Shown here: positions 8,356-19,393 of the stretch, piece by piece | Numbering within the stretch: position 1 is the first letter of the stretch | How the letters are laid out: every line of letters starts with the position of its first letter | Assembly: GCA_041690355.1 (NCBI GenBank) | Contig: JAWLHK010000001.1 | Location: forward strand, 124,001 to 188,000 | Length of the DNA stretch: 64,000 nucleotides | Origin: a bacterium | Lineage (GTDB): Bacteria > J088 > JAWLBW01 | Direction: 5' to 3' | The notes under the pieces: generated by a model | The model's input: the letters and a program-made list of their open reading frames with translations, nothing else | What the model was told of the DNA's origin: nothing | Databases searched by the model: none | Position numbers and translations under genes: made by a program

Positions 8356-9951
8356 TTAGAACGTAACCGTAAAGCGCGGCTGAACTTCGAACATGTTGGG
8401 GGCCGAGTCGCCGTTGGGCTGCCTGAAGATCTCGCCGGGCCTGAACCAGCCGGCCTGCAGACCGAGCATCAGGTTCTCGGTGTAGTTGTAATTGATCGCG
8501 TAGTCGACTTCGAATCCGTAGTCGGTCGACTCTTCGGGGTCGGCCGCGCCCGGGCGCGTGAAGCGGGTCGGCACCGGCTCGTTCGCTTTGGCCCAGAGAA
8601 AGCCGAGCACCATGCTCGTGGTCTCCCAGGGCTGGAAGCGGACCTTCGGGAAGGCGTAGATCGCGTTCTTCACCGAACCGTTGGTCGGCACGAAGGCGGC
8701 CGCGGTCGTGTTGAAGAAGTCGTCGATGGCTTCCTGGCGGGTGGCGAAGAAGGTGTTGTTGACGCAGCTGACCGCGCAGATGGAAGCCGGCGTGGCATCG
8801 ACTCCGGCGGCGGCCGGCTGGTTGAAGAACGTGTCGCGCGCTGCCAGCAGCGAATTGAGGGTGAAGAGGCGGTAGCCCTCTTCGAACATGAGCAGGCCCA
8901 CGTTGTAATCGGGATCGAAGCTGAAGGCGCTCAGCTCGCCGTCGTCAAAGGCGCCCGTGCCCCCCTTGTCGCCCGAGGCGTAGCCGGCCTCGACCGCCAC
9001 GTCCCACTGGTCGAAGCGGTAGCCGATCTCGGTCGCGCCACCGAGCATGCCGATGTCGACCCGCGGCTGCGTGAGCGTGAGCTGCGAGATGCGGCGGCCG
9101 TCCAGGACATCGCCCGGCGCGAGAAAGACCGTGACGCCGCGGCTTTCGCCGAAGATGCCGACCGCTTCGAGATCGGCATGAAAGCTGCCGTTGTCGTACT
9201 TGAGGTAGACGTCAGGAATCCAAGCCGTGGTGTCGGTCTTCGTCTGCGTCCGGTAAATGCCGTAGACGCCGGCCGTCAGCGATTCCTTCTGGTAGTGGAC
9301 GACGAGGCCGAACTCGTCGACGTCACCCTTCTGCAGGACGAGCGGATCGCCGATCTGGCGTTCGGAGATCGATTGAAAGATGTCGAGGTCGGTCTCGACA
9401 ATCTTGTCGTAGAGCAGCGCCGTCGTCAGCGGGCCGTCCTTGCCGAGCGGCTTCGTGGCGAAGAGGATGCGATCATACGTGTCTCCGAAATGGGCGTCGC
9501 CGAATTCGTTGCGGAACCCATCGCCGTCGTTCGAGAGCAGCCCCTTGCCCCAGTGCGAGCCCTGCCGGCCGACGCGGAAAAGACCGACCGGCGTGAGCAC
9601 CTCGCCGTAGGCGCGCTTCACGATGAAATTGGCCGTTTCGTCGGCGGTGCTCTGCGCGAGCACGTTGCCCGGATTCGCCCCCCAGACCTGATCGTCCATG
9701 GCGTCGGCCATGAGGTGAAACGAGAGCTTCTCGTTCACGAACAGGTGCGGCCACAGGCGCAGGCGGTGCTGAAAATATCGTTCGACCCCCTTGCCGGAAG
9801 CCTCGTTGAGATCGGGCTCGGTCAGATAGAATCCGCGCGCCCGGTAATAGCCGTCGACAGAGAAGGCGTTGGCGTCGTCCTGGGCAGCCGCGGGCGCAGC
9901 CGCAACGAGCGCAGCAAACACACCTGCAGCGGGCAACCATGTCCGATTCAT
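8356..9951 (-). CDS. Outer-membrane beta-barrel protein, paralog 1
   Basis: Signal peptide, terminal Phe; shares GLLSNDG.GFRN.FGDAH and FSF.PDYNVGL with the downstream gene. Confidence 0.8.
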   Translation of the reverse strand: MNRTWLPAAGVFAALVAAAPAAAQDDANAFSVDGYYRARGFYLTEPDLNEASGKGVERYFQHRLRLWPHLFVNEKLSFHLMADAMDDQVWGANPGNVLAQSTADETANFIVKRAYGEVLTPVGLFRVGRQGSHWGKGLLSNDGDGFRNEFGDAHFGDTYDRILFATKPLGKDGPLTTALLYDKIVETDLDIFQSISERQIGDPLVLQKGDVDEFGLVVHYQKESLTAGVYGIYRTQTKTDTTAWIPDVYLKYDNGSFHADLEAVGIFGESRGVTVFLAPGDVLDGRRISQLTLTQPRVDIGMLGGATEIGYRFDQWDVAVEAGYASGDKGGTGAFDDGELSAFSFDPDYNVGLLMFEEGYRLFTLNSLLAARDTFFNQPAAAGVDATPASICAVSCVNNTFFATRQEAIDDFFNTTAAAFVPTNGSVKNAIYAFPKVRFQPWETTSMVLGFLWAKANEPVPTRFTRPGAADPEESTDYGFEVDYAINYNYTENLMLGLQAGWFRPGEIFRQPNGDSAPNMFEVQPRFTVTF

Positions 9952-10020
9952 TCAGATCCTCGGGAATAGGCGATACGAAGGGAGAGCGCACCGTAGATAA
10001 GAGCGCTTTACTCCACGGTT

Positions 10021-10049
10021 TTTTTACCATGGGGAACGGGGGCTGTCAA
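10021..10049 (-). promoter_or_regulatory. Sigma70-type promoter for the beta-barrel operon
   Basis: Minus strand TTGACA-17 nt-TAAAAA with an extended TG. Confidence 0.55.
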
Positions 10050-10113
10050 AGCGTTCGACGCCGCGGCGCGTCATGCCCGCGGCGGCGGATATGGCACACT
10101 GGAGAGGTTTCTC

Positions 10114-11490
10114 ATGCTCAATCACGCCGAAATCGCCCTGCTCGTGGCCGAACTGCAGCCGTGGCTCGGGGCCGTCGTCCAGCGCGCCCAGCAGGGAGCT
10201 CCCGAAACGCTGACCCTGGCCTTGCGCCGGCCCGGCTCGACACGCCACCTGCATTTCGCGCTGGAGCGGGGCAACCCGCGCTTTCACTTCGTGGCCGGGC
10301 GGGCGCCTGCCCTGCCGCGGCCGCCGGCCTTCTCCATGGCCCTGCGCAAGCACCTGGGGGGCGCGCGCCTGGGCGCAGTTCGCCAACCGGATCGCGAACG
10401 CATCATCCACCTGGAGTTCGAGAAGGGGGGGCGCGGGATGACGCTTGTCGCCGAGTTGCTCCCCGCCGCCCCCAACCTGCTGCTCGTCGAGGACCTCGAC
10501 CAGTCCGGCGGCAGACTGCTGGCCCGAATGTTCCGCGACGATCGCAATGTCGGCGTGGGTCGACCCTACATCGCACCCGCCCCGCCGCCGCAGCGCGAAG
10601 ACGCCGAGCGCGTCGAGGCGCGGGTTCGGGAATGGACCGGCGCATCCTTCCACGATTATCTGGCGGAACTCTTTGCCGAGGCCCGCGCGGCCGACAGCGA
10701 CGAGGAGCGGCGTCGCGAGCGCGCGCGACGTGAGGCCAAGCGCGACCGGCTGCTCGCCCGCCTGCAGGCCGACTGGGAGCGCGCAGGCGATCCCGACCGG
10801 TGGCGGCGCTACGGCGATCTGCTGGCCGCGCGCCCCGCTCTCGAACCGCAGGGCAAGACCACGCTCGAGACGGCCGACGACGACGGACGCCCGGTCTCGA
10901 TTCCCGTGCTTCCCGAACTGACGCGCAACGAACAGATCGACTGGTTCTACCGGCGCGCCCGCAAGGCCGATTCGGCCCGCCGCCACATTGCAGAGCGGCG
11001 GCGGCTGGTCGAGACCGATGCGCTCGATGCTGCCCCCCGGAGCGGAACTCCGGAGGACGATGCGGCGAAGCGGCCGGAACCGATGCCGCTCCCCGCGAAC
11101 CTGCCCAAAGGGCACGCCTACCGCTTCGCGGGCGGGAGCCTGGTGATGGTGGGGCGCAGCGCGGCCGAAAATGATCGCATCACGTTCGGCTGGGCACGCC
11201 CCGACGACGTCTGGATGCACGCGCGCGACGTGACGGGCGCGCATGTGGTCGTCCGCCACTCCCCGGCCGACGAGCGGGAGGCGCTGCTCGACGATGCTGC
11301 GCGGCTCGCGCTCCACTATTCAAGCCGGCGCGGCGAAGCGGCCGGCGACGTGCACATGACGCAGCGCCGTTACCTCCAGAGCATGAAGGGAGCGCCCGGC
11401 AAGGTGCGCATCCTGCGCGAAGAGAACCGGCGGGTGGGCGTGAGCCGCGACGATCTGGAGCGGCTGGAGATATTGCGCCTGGTTCGCTGA
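10114..11490 (+). CDS. rqcH: NFACT family ribosome quality-control protein (RqcH/Rqc2/FbpA-like)
   Basis: NFACT-N motifs F.M.LRKHL.GA.L..V.Q...ERII.L.F and LVAEL; NFACT-R motifs VGRSA.END.IT and D.WMHAR...GAHVVV. Confidence 0.85.
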   Translation: MLNHAEIALLVAELQPWLGAVVQRAQQGAPETLTLALRRPGSTRHLHFALERGNPRFHFVAGRAPALPRPPAFSMALRKHLGGARLGAVRQPDRERIIHLEFEKGGRGMTLVAELLPAAPNLLLVEDLDQSGGRLLARMFRDDRNVGVGRPYIAPAPPPQREDAERVEARVREWTGASFHDYLAELFAEARAADSDEERRRERARREAKRDRLLARLQADWERAGDPDRWRRYGDLLAARPALEPQGKTTLETADDDGRPVSIPVLPELTRNEQIDWFYRRARKADSARRHIAERRRLVETDALDAAPRSGTPEDDAAKRPEPMPLPANLPKGHAYRFAGGSLVMVGRSAAENDRITFGWARPDDVWMHARDVTGAHVVVRHSPADEREALLDDAARLALHYSSRRGEAAGDVHMTQRRYLQSMKGAPGKVRILREENRRVGVSRDDLERLEILRLVR

Positions 11491-11497
11491 CCCCCGA

Positions 11498-11600
11498 ATT
11501 TACAATTTACGATTGACGATTGACGATTTTCCAGCAAGGGCCCAAGGTTTGACTGTCCTTTTTCTGCGCTTGGCGCTTGGCGCTTGACGTTTGACGCTTG
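11498..11600 (+). repeat. Composite heptamer element copy A: ATTGACG array, spacer, GCGCTTG array
   Basis: atttaca atttacg attgacg attgacg atttt ... gcgcttg x3 acgtttg acgcttg. Confidence 0.9.
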
Positions 11601-11641
11601 CCAGTGACGAGTGGACGGCGGTTGTGCAACAATGGGCGCGA

Positions 11642-12193
11642 ATGGATATGGAAGAACAGGATTCGCTGGCGCCGGGATTTCTGATCGCGGTTCCGCAGCT
11701 GAAAGACCCGCATTTCGACCACACCGTCACCCTGCTCGTCGAGGCGAGCCCTGAAGGCGCCTTCGGCCTCGTCGTCAACCGGATGTCGCCCATCAAGCTG
11801 GCCGACGTCTGCGCGCAGAACGACCTCTCCTGCACACGCGACGATTTCATTCACATCGGCGGCCCCGTCGATCAGGAGCGCGCCTGGGTGTTGCACGGCC
11901 CGGGGATCCGTTCTGCCGATTCCCTGGAGATCACCGACGGCATTCTGCTGACCGCGACGTGGGAGGTGCTCGGCGAGCTGGCACAGAGCCGCGAAGAAAT
12001 GCTGGTCTGCCTCGGCTACGCCGGGTGGGGTCCCGGCCAGCTGGAGCAGGAGCTGAGCGAGGGGGCATGGTTGGTCGCGCCGCTGGATCGTGACATCCTT
12101 TTTCGTACCGCCGGAAAGGACATGTGGCGCAAGGTCATCGAAAAGATGGGCCTGGATCCGGGACGCATCGGCACGGGGGGCGGCGTTCACTGA
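11642..12193 (+). CDS. yqgE: YqgE/AlgH family protein
   Basis: FLIAVPQLKDPHF, GAFGLVVN, GGPV and GYAGWGPGQLEQE motifs; start at ATG 11642 or 11648. Confidence 0.9.
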   Translation: MDMEEQDSLAPGFLIAVPQLKDPHFDHTVTLLVEASPEGAFGLVVNRMSPIKLADVCAQNDLSCTRDDFIHIGGPVDQERAWVLHGPGIRSADSLEITDGILLTATWEVLGELAQSREEMLVCLGYAGWGPGQLEQELSEGAWLVAPLDRDILFRTAGKDMWRKVIEKMGLDPGRIGTGGGVH

Positions 12194-12218
12194 ATTGACG
12201 ATTGACAATTGACGATTT
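12194..12218 (+). repeat. ATTGACG heptamer array directly after the stop codon
   Basis: attgacg attgaca attgacg attt. Confidence 0.85.
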
Positions 12219-12230
12219 CAGCAGGGAATC

Positions 12231-13211
12231 ATGAAGGAAGAGGGGGTACCCATGGCCCCGCCCGGTGCGGGGAGTGAAGACGGCGGCGCGACGCTCGGTC
12301 CCGCCCTCGGCCGCCTTCGCTCCCGATTCTACGGCGCCATCGTCAACGACCTCCTCCCGCACGTCGTCAACCTCGGCGACACCTCTGACCCCGCAGCCGC
12401 GGACCTGTTCTACCACGACATCCCTTATCACGATCATGAAGGCGTGAGCGTGCAGCTCGACGTGCACGCGCCGCCGTTTCCCGGCCCCCATCCCGTGCTC
12501 GTCGCCTTTCACGGCGGGGCCTGGATCTACGGCATGCGCGAAAATCTGCGCCGCGCGGCCCGTTACCTCGCGCGCCAGGGGTTCGTCGTTTTCAACTGCT
12601 CGTACCGTCTTGCCCGCGACCATCCGTTTCCCGCCGGGGTTCAGGACGCCGTCTGCGCGCTGCGGTGGGTTCACCGTCACGCGGCGGAATACGGCGGAGA
12701 TCCGGGGCGCATCGGCGTCTGGGGCGACTCTGCCGGCGGGCACCTTTCGGCCGTCATCGCGGCCGCGCGCCACGCTCCCGCCGTGCAGCCCGAATGCGCC
12801 TGCACGACCTGTGAAAGCGTTCCCGTCGAAGCCGCGGTTCACTTTTATGGCGTCTATGACTTCGAGCGCTTTGCACGCCTGCGGTTTCCTTTCGTGCGGG
12901 GGATCATGCGCACCGTGTTCGGCGAGCGTCACGCCGACCCGGCCGCGCTGCAGGAACTCTCACCGGTGACCTGGGCCGAGCGCGGAAAAGTTCCCCCGAC
13001 GCTTCTCCTCTGCGGAGCCTACGATCCCCTGCTCGGTGAGACGCAGCGCTATGCCCGGCGGCTGCGGGAGTTGGGGACCGACGTGGGCGTCCGCGTCTAT
13101 CCGCATGGGGTCCACGGATTCGTTTACCTGTGGTGGACCGGGGAGTACCGGCATTCGCTCGCGCTCGCCGCCGGCCACTTCCGCCGGCATCTGGGCGCAG
13201 GCGTGCATTGA
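12231..13211 (+). CDS. Alpha/beta hydrolase (HSL-type esterase/lipase)
   Basis: HGGAW, GDSAGG nucleophile elbow, DPL and HGF triad motifs. Confidence 0.9.
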   Translation: MKEEGVPMAPPGAGSEDGGATLGPALGRLRSRFYGAIVNDLLPHVVNLGDTSDPAAADLFYHDIPYHDHEGVSVQLDVHAPPFPGPHPVLVAFHGGAWIYGMRENLRRAARYLARQGFVVFNCSYRLARDHPFPAGVQDAVCALRWVHRHAAEYGGDPGRIGVWGDSAGGHLSAVIAAARHAPAVQPECACTTCESVPVEAAVHFYGVYDFERFARLRFPFVRGIMRTVFGERHADPAALQELSPVTWAERGKVPPTLLLCGAYDPLLGETQRYARRLRELGTDVGVRVYPHGVHGFVYLWWTGEYRHSLALAAGHFRRHLGAGVH

Positions 13212-13220
13212 GCCTTCGCA

Positions 13221-13328
13221 ATGCCCGATAACCAATGGCCGATGCCCGCCCAGAACCGGGAACAGGTACGCCGGTGGTTTTTCTGCCCCTGTGCTCGATT
13301 TGCCATCTGCAATCTGGCTTCTGCAATC
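13221..13328 (+). repeat. Two degenerate heptamer arrays (ATGCCCG-type 13221-13248; ATCTGCA-type 13298-13328)
   Basis: atgcccg ataacca atggccg atgcccg; atttgcc atctgca atctggc ttctgca atc. Confidence 0.7.
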
Positions 13329-13428
13329 CGGCGGCCGGTGGGCTGGAGGGCCCCGAAGGCCTGCGCGCGCGGCCCGCTTCATGCTATGCTGAACCTTTTA
13401 TTCCCCGATTCGGGCCGGCGATTTCCGC

Positions 13429-15015
13429 ATGAAGACCACGACCATTCTCGAAGAAGCCAAACGGCGGCGCACGTTCGCCATCATCTCGCATCCCGACGCC
13501 GGCAAGACGACGCTGACGGAGAAGATTCTGCTCTACAGCAGCGCCATCCATCTGGCCGGCGCCGTGAAGTCCAAGCGGGGCGGTAAGGCGGTCACGTCAG
13601 ACTTCGGCGCCATGGAGCGCGAGCGCGGCATCTCGATCAGCTCGTCGGTCATGCAGTTCGACGTCGGCGACCTGGTCTTCAACCTGGTCGACACGCCGGG
13701 CCACAAAGACTTCTCCGAAGACACCTACCGCGCGCTCATGGCCGTCGACTCGGTCATCATGATCATCAATCACGTGCGCGGCGTCGAGCGCCAGACCCGG
13801 CGTCTCTTCGACGCGTGCCAGAAGCGCGGCCTGCCCGTCTACACCTTCATCAACAAGCTCGATCAGGCCGGTAACGAGCCACTCTCGGTCATCGATAACA
13901 TTGAGAAAGAGCTGGGGATCATGACGTACCCGGTCACCTGGCCCATCGGCAGCGGCCAGGAGTTTCAGGGGGTCTACGATCGCCGCGACGGCAAGGTGCG
14001 CGTCTATCGCAACACCTCACACGGCACGCGCGAAGCCGACGTCGAAACCTACGATCTGCAGGACCCGGCCCTGCGCGGCCGCATCGGTGATCACGCCTAC
14101 GATACGCTGCTCGAAGAGGTAGAGCTCGTGAATACGGCCGGGCAGCAGTACGACGCCGACGCCATCGCCGGCGGACGCCTGACTCCGGTCTACTTCGGCA
14201 GCGCGCTCAGCAACTTCGGCCTCGATGTCTTCTGGGACGCCTTTCAGGAGGCCGCCCCGCCGCCGCGCGAGGCGACCACGGTCGACGGCCAGAAAGTTCC
14301 GCTCGACCACGCGTTCTCGGGATTCGTCTTCAAGGTGCAGTCGAACATGGATCCCAAGCACCGCGACCGCGTCGCTTTTCTGCGGATTTCGAGCGGCAGC
14401 TACCAGGTGGGCGCGACGGTGAACCATCCGCGACTCAAGAAGAGCATGCCCCTGCGCGAACCGCTCGGCTTTCTCGGCCAGGCGCGCGAGCACCTCGAGG
14501 CCGCCTTTCCGGGCGACATCGTCGGCATCCTCGACAAGGGGGTGCTCCAGGTCGGCGATACGCTGGCCGTCGACAATACGGTGCTGCCGGAACTCCCCCG
14601 CTTCCCCCCGGAATTCTTCGCCACGGTGCGCCCGGCCGATCCGACGCGGCGCAAGGCGTTCGTGGAGGGAATCGAGCAGCTCGGGCGCGAAGGGGTCATC
14701 CAGATCTTCCGCGACGCGCACGGTCTCACCTCGGTCGCCTACGTCGGCGTCGTCGGCCAGCTGCAGTTCGAAGTGCTGCAGAACCGCTTCGAGCACGAGT
14801 ACAAGGTGAAGGTCGCCCTGGATCCGCTGCCGCACGTGGCAGCCCACCGGGTGGTTGCGCCCGAAGAGAAGCTCGAGAAGATCGCCGGCCGCGAGAACAA
14901 GCACCTCAAGAACGCCTTCGACGAAGACATCGTGCTCTTCCGCTCGGCGTTCGAAGAGCGCTACGCGCTGAACGAGTATCCCGACGCGTTTCCCGATCGG
15001 AAACTCTACGCCTGA
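13429..15015 (+). CDS. prfC: Peptide chain release factor 3
   Basis: RRTFAIISHPDAGKTTLTEK, DTPGHKDFSEDTYR, NKLD, FKVQSNMDPKHRDR, VGQLQFEV. Confidence 0.95.
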   Translation: MKTTTILEEAKRRRTFAIISHPDAGKTTLTEKILLYSSAIHLAGAVKSKRGGKAVTSDFGAMERERGISISSSVMQFDVGDLVFNLVDTPGHKDFSEDTYRALMAVDSVIMIINHVRGVERQTRRLFDACQKRGLPVYTFINKLDQAGNEPLSVIDNIEKELGIMTYPVTWPIGSGQEFQGVYDRRDGKVRVYRNTSHGTREADVETYDLQDPALRGRIGDHAYDTLLEEVELVNTAGQQYDADAIAGGRLTPVYFGSALSNFGLDVFWDAFQEAAPPPREATTVDGQKVPLDHAFSGFVFKVQSNMDPKHRDRVAFLRISSGSYQVGATVNHPRLKKSMPLREPLGFLGQAREHLEAAFPGDIVGILDKGVLQVGDTLAVDNTVLPELPRFPPEFFATVRPADPTRRKAFVEGIEQLGREGVIQIFRDAHGLTSVAYVGVVGQLQFEVLQNRFEHEYKVKVALDPLPHVAAHRVVAPEEKLEKIAGRENKHLKNAFDEDIVLFRSAFEERYALNEYPDAFPDRKLYA

Positions 15016-15740
15016 TTCGCCGGGGATTTCCGCTTCGCGCGGAAGAGGATGAGGCTCCACCCGGCCAGGAAGACGAAGGCGAAGAAGAACCACTGTGCCG
15101 CGTAGCTCGCATGCGGCCCTTCATCCAGTTCGGGGAACCCTCGGGGGCGCGGGAGCCACTCCTGTGTTACCGGAGCGGTCATCATGAAACCGTACGGGAG
15201 AAATTCCGCGTTGCGGAAGGTCTCTTCCTGCCGGAGCTGCGCGGCCATGCGCGGCGCATCCAGAAAGATCCACTGGCGCGGCTGCAGCGCAGCAGGCTTG
15301 GCCTCTTCGGCTTCGTGGTTCCACACGTACAGGTAGCCGCGCAGGGTCACCGGCTGCGTCACCGGCGACGGCGGAGCATCGCGGAAGGCCTGCGGAATCC
15401 ATCCCCGGTTCACGAGCAGCCACGCTCCCGATTCCAGGCGGAACGGAGAGACCACTTCGACCCCGCCATCTCCCCGATAACTGCGGTTCAGCAGGATGAA
15501 GTCGTACCCGGCGGTAAACGTTCCGCGCACGGTTGCCCGCTGCTCGTGCCGGACGTTCTCGTCCGCGGGCGGAACCGTGACCGGCGGCGCCGCATGGATG
15601 GCGACACGCTGCACATTGGACGCCTGCTTTTCTTCGAGCCGCGAGAGCTGCCAGAAACCAAGGCGCACGCAGACGGCGACCGCGACAAGAACGAAGAGCG
15701 TGCCCGCAAGGTAGCGGGGCTGGCGCAAGAGCGAAAACAT
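15006..15740 (-). CDS. SURF1 family protein
   Basis: LGFWQL.R..EK, LLVNRGW, H.SYA.QWF; start trimmed to ATG 15740. Confidence 0.9.
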   Translation of the reverse strand: MFSLLRQPRYLAGTLFVLVAVAVCVRLGFWQLSRLEEKQASNVQRVAIHAAPPVTVPPADENVRHEQRATVRGTFTAGYDFILLNRSYRGDGGVEVVSPFRLESGAWLLVNRGWIPQAFRDAPPSPVTQPVTLRGYLYVWNHEAEEAKPAALQPRQWIFLDAPRMAAQLRQEETFRNAEFLPYGFMMTAPVTQEWLPRPRGFPELDEGPHASYAAQWFFFAFVFLAGWSLILFRAKRKSPANQA

Positions 15741-15777
15741 TCCCTCACATTGTGCCCGGTTGACCCATGCGGGATCG

Positions 15778-15830
15778 ATTCCTAATTCCTGATTCGTGAT
15801 TGATTCCAAATTCCTGATTCTTAATTCCTG
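15778..15830 (+). repeat. ATTCCTG heptamer array (about 7 units)
   Basis: attccta attcctg attcgtg attg attccaa attcctg attctta attcctg. Confidence 0.9.
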
Positions 15831-15859
15831 CGGAAGAACAGGCACTTGTGAATTCCCGC

Positions 15860-15907
15860 TTGACACGGACCCGGAAAGGCGTAAAGTGTGTAGTAATGCT
15901 ATACACT
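15860..15907 (+). promoter_or_regulatory. Promoter with overlapping operator palindrome for the reductase-MerR-diiron operon
   Basis: TTGACA-16 nt-TAAAGT; imperfect inverted repeat AGTGTGTAG-taatg-CTATACACT at 15885-15907. Confidence 0.55.
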
Positions 15908-15920
15908 CTGTATGCGTACC

Positions 15921-16019
15921 CCAGCGCCAAGCGCCAAGCACCAAGCACTAACGAAGCAAACACCTTCGTGAATTCGTACTCGCCGGCAAATCGTCAATCG
16001 TAAATTGTAGATCGTCAAT
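15921..16019 (-). repeat. Composite heptamer element copy B (minus strand)
   Basis: Minus strand: attgacg atctaca atttacg attgacg attt, 39 nt spacer, gtgcttg gtgcttg gcgcttg gcgctgg. Confidence 0.9.
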
Positions 16020-16023
16020 TCGC

Positions 16024-17136
16024 ATGATTCGCACTCTCTTCCGCCTCTTGAATCCCCGGCAGCCCCGCCGCCCGGTCTACACCGCATCGCCCACGGCATC
16101 GTCCCGCTACCAGAACAGCGCGCCCCCCGTGCAGATCCGCGACGTGCGTGTGGCCGAGGTCATCGACGAGACGCCCGACGCGAAGACCATCGTCCTCGAG
16201 TTCCCCAGCGGCGAACCGTTCCGCTACCAGGCCGGCCAGTTTCTGACCTTCCTTTTCACGATCAACGGCGAAGAGATCCGTCGCGCTTATTCGTTTTCCT
16301 CCTCTCCCCACGGTGATGCGAAGCGTGCTTCGGTCACGGTGAAGCGTATCGCCGACGGGGTCGGCTCGAATTTCATCCACACGAATGTAAAAGCGGGCGA
16401 TCTGCTGCGCATCATCGGCCCGAGCGGCGACTTCACGATCCCGATACGGCCGGGCGAAAAGCGCCGCTTGGTCTTCGTCGCGGGGGGATCGGGGATCACC
16501 CCCATCCGCAGCCTGACCGAGACGCTGCTCGCCACGGAACCCGAAGTCGAGATCGAGTTGATCTACGGCAACCGCGGCGAGACCGACATCATTTTCCGCA
16601 AGCGCCTCGATGAACTGGCGGCGCAGTACCCGAACCTCAAGCTGACGCACGTCCTGCAGGAGCCCCCCGACGGGTGGCCCGGCCCGGCCGGAATGGTCAC
16701 CGGACAGACCGTGCTCGACCTCGTCGCCGACCGCAAGGACAAGGCGTACTACCTGTGCGGACCCCAGGCGATGATGGACGGCATCACCCCCGCCCTGCGC
16801 GCCGCCGGAGTCGCCGAGCGCAACATTCACATCGAACGCTTCGTCACGCCGCACAAGGAAGAACGCCCCACGGCCCCCATGGCGGTGACCTTTCTGTCGA
16901 GCGGGCGCACGGTGACGCAACACCCGGGCGACACGATTCTCGAGACCGGCCTCGACAACGCCGTGCCCCTCGACTACAGCTGCACGATGGGGGGCTGCGG
17001 GGTGTGCCGCGTGAAGCTCGTATCCGGTACGGTCATCATGGACGAGCCCAACTGCCTGACCCCCGAAGAGCGCCGCGAAGGGTACATCCTCGCCTGCTGC
17101 TCGGCCGCCACCAGCCCCGTGGAGATTGAAGAATGA
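16024..17136 (+). CDS. Ferredoxin-NAD(P) reductase with C-terminal 2Fe-2S domain (PaaE/KshB-like oxygenase reductase)
   Basis: RAYSFSS, AGGSGITP, YLCGP, C-x4-C-x2-C (SCTMGGCGVC) and LACC. Confidence 0.92.
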   Translation: MIRTLFRLLNPRQPRRPVYTASPTASSRYQNSAPPVQIRDVRVAEVIDETPDAKTIVLEFPSGEPFRYQAGQFLTFLFTINGEEIRRAYSFSSSPHGDAKRASVTVKRIADGVGSNFIHTNVKAGDLLRIIGPSGDFTIPIRPGEKRRLVFVAGGSGITPIRSLTETLLATEPEVEIELIYGNRGETDIIFRKRLDELAAQYPNLKLTHVLQEPPDGWPGPAGMVTGQTVLDLVADRKDKAYYLCGPQAMMDGITPALRAAGVAERNIHIERFVTPHKEERPTAPMAVTFLSSGRTVTQHPGDTILETGLDNAVPLDYSCTMGGCGVCRVKLVSGTVIMDEPNCLTPEERREGYILACCSAATSPVEIEE

Positions 17137-17860
17137 GTACCGCCGTCGCCGAGCGCCGCTCGTTCCCCTACCGGATCAAGGATCTGGTCGCGAAGACCGG
17201 GCTGACCAAGGAGACGATTCACTACTACATCAGCGAGGGGCTTCTCCCCAAGGCGCGCAAGACCTCGAAGAACATGGCCTGGTACGGCGAAGAGCACATC
17301 GACCGCCTGCGGATGATCAAGGACCTTCAGGAGAAGCAGTTTCTGCCGCTCAAGGCCATCAAAGCCGTGCTCACGCAGGAGGGGGAATACGATTTCACCC
17401 CCGCGCAGCAGCGGATCATCGCCTCGATTCAGACGCGTCTTAGCGAGACGGCGGCCGCACGCGAGACGGTGCCCCTGCAGAATCTGCGCATGGATACTTC
17501 GCCAGAGGAAGTGCGTGAAATGGCCGATGCCGGCCTGATCGCCGTCGACGAGCAGGGGCGTGTCTCCGATCTCGACGCAGACATCCTGCGCGCCTGGGAC
17601 GCCGTGCGCAGGCTCGGCTTCACGCCGGAGCGCGGCTTCAGCCCCCGCGACCTCGAAGTATTCGCCGACGTCGTCGACGTCCTGTTCGATCAGGAAGTAA
17701 AACTGTTGCAGCCGCGCATCGTCGAACTCGAAGACGACGAGGCGGCGCGCATGATGGAGGGGGCCCTCCCCCGCATCAACGAACTCATCGGCCTTCTGCA
17801 CACGAAAAAAGTTCACCAGTTTCTGACCAACTTCCGCTCGGGAAGACAAGGAGAAGAGTA

Positions 17861-17861
<1 letters not shown>
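17133..17861 (+). CDS. MerR-family HTH transcriptional regulator
   Basis: YRIKDL...TG..KETIHYYISEGLLP...Y...H..RL..IK.LQ; ATGA and TAATG overlaps with its neighbours. Confidence 0.88.
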
Positions 17862-19057
<1,196 letters not shown>

Positions 19058-19080
19058 GCGGCCTGGCAGATTCCGCACAT

Positions 19081-19118
19081 GAAAAGACCCGCTCCGGATT
19101 TTCCGGGGCGGGTTTTTC
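19081..19118. terminator. Bidirectional terminator
   Basis: gaaaagacccgctccgga-ttt-tccggggcgggtttttc between convergent genes. Confidence 0.8.
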
Positions 19119-19135
19119 GCCATCCAGCAGCCCGC

Positions 19136-19393
19136 TTATCGGTAGGATTCGCGGCGATGCCCTACCCGAACGATGAGGATCAGCAACTGCCCTTCATCAG
19201 CGGCGTAGATGATGCGATACGCCCCGACTCGATATCGTCGAAGCCCCTGCCACTCTCCGGACAGCTGCACGCCGATGGATGGGTCGAGCGCCAGCTTCTC
19301 GACGGCCTCGAGCACCCGCCGGCGATGGACGGGAGCAAGCGCCTCGAGCTCCTTGACGGCTCGTCGCTCCCAGCTAATCGCCCAGGAGCTCAC
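19136..19393 (-). CDS. relE: RelE/ParE family toxin
   Basis: 85 aa; G..LSG...GLRRYRVGAYRIIY and VGHRRESYR. Confidence 0.92.
   Translation of the reverse strand: MSSWAISWERRAVKELEALAPVHRRRVLEAVEKLALDPSIGVQLSGEWQGLRRYRVGAYRIIYAADEGQLLILIVRVGHRRESYR

Noticed and set aside
11500-12208. ORFs whose termini are translated heptamer arrays (e.g. SIVNRQS, KRQAPSAKR)
   Set aside because: These are low-complexity products of the repeats on the strand opposite yqgE.
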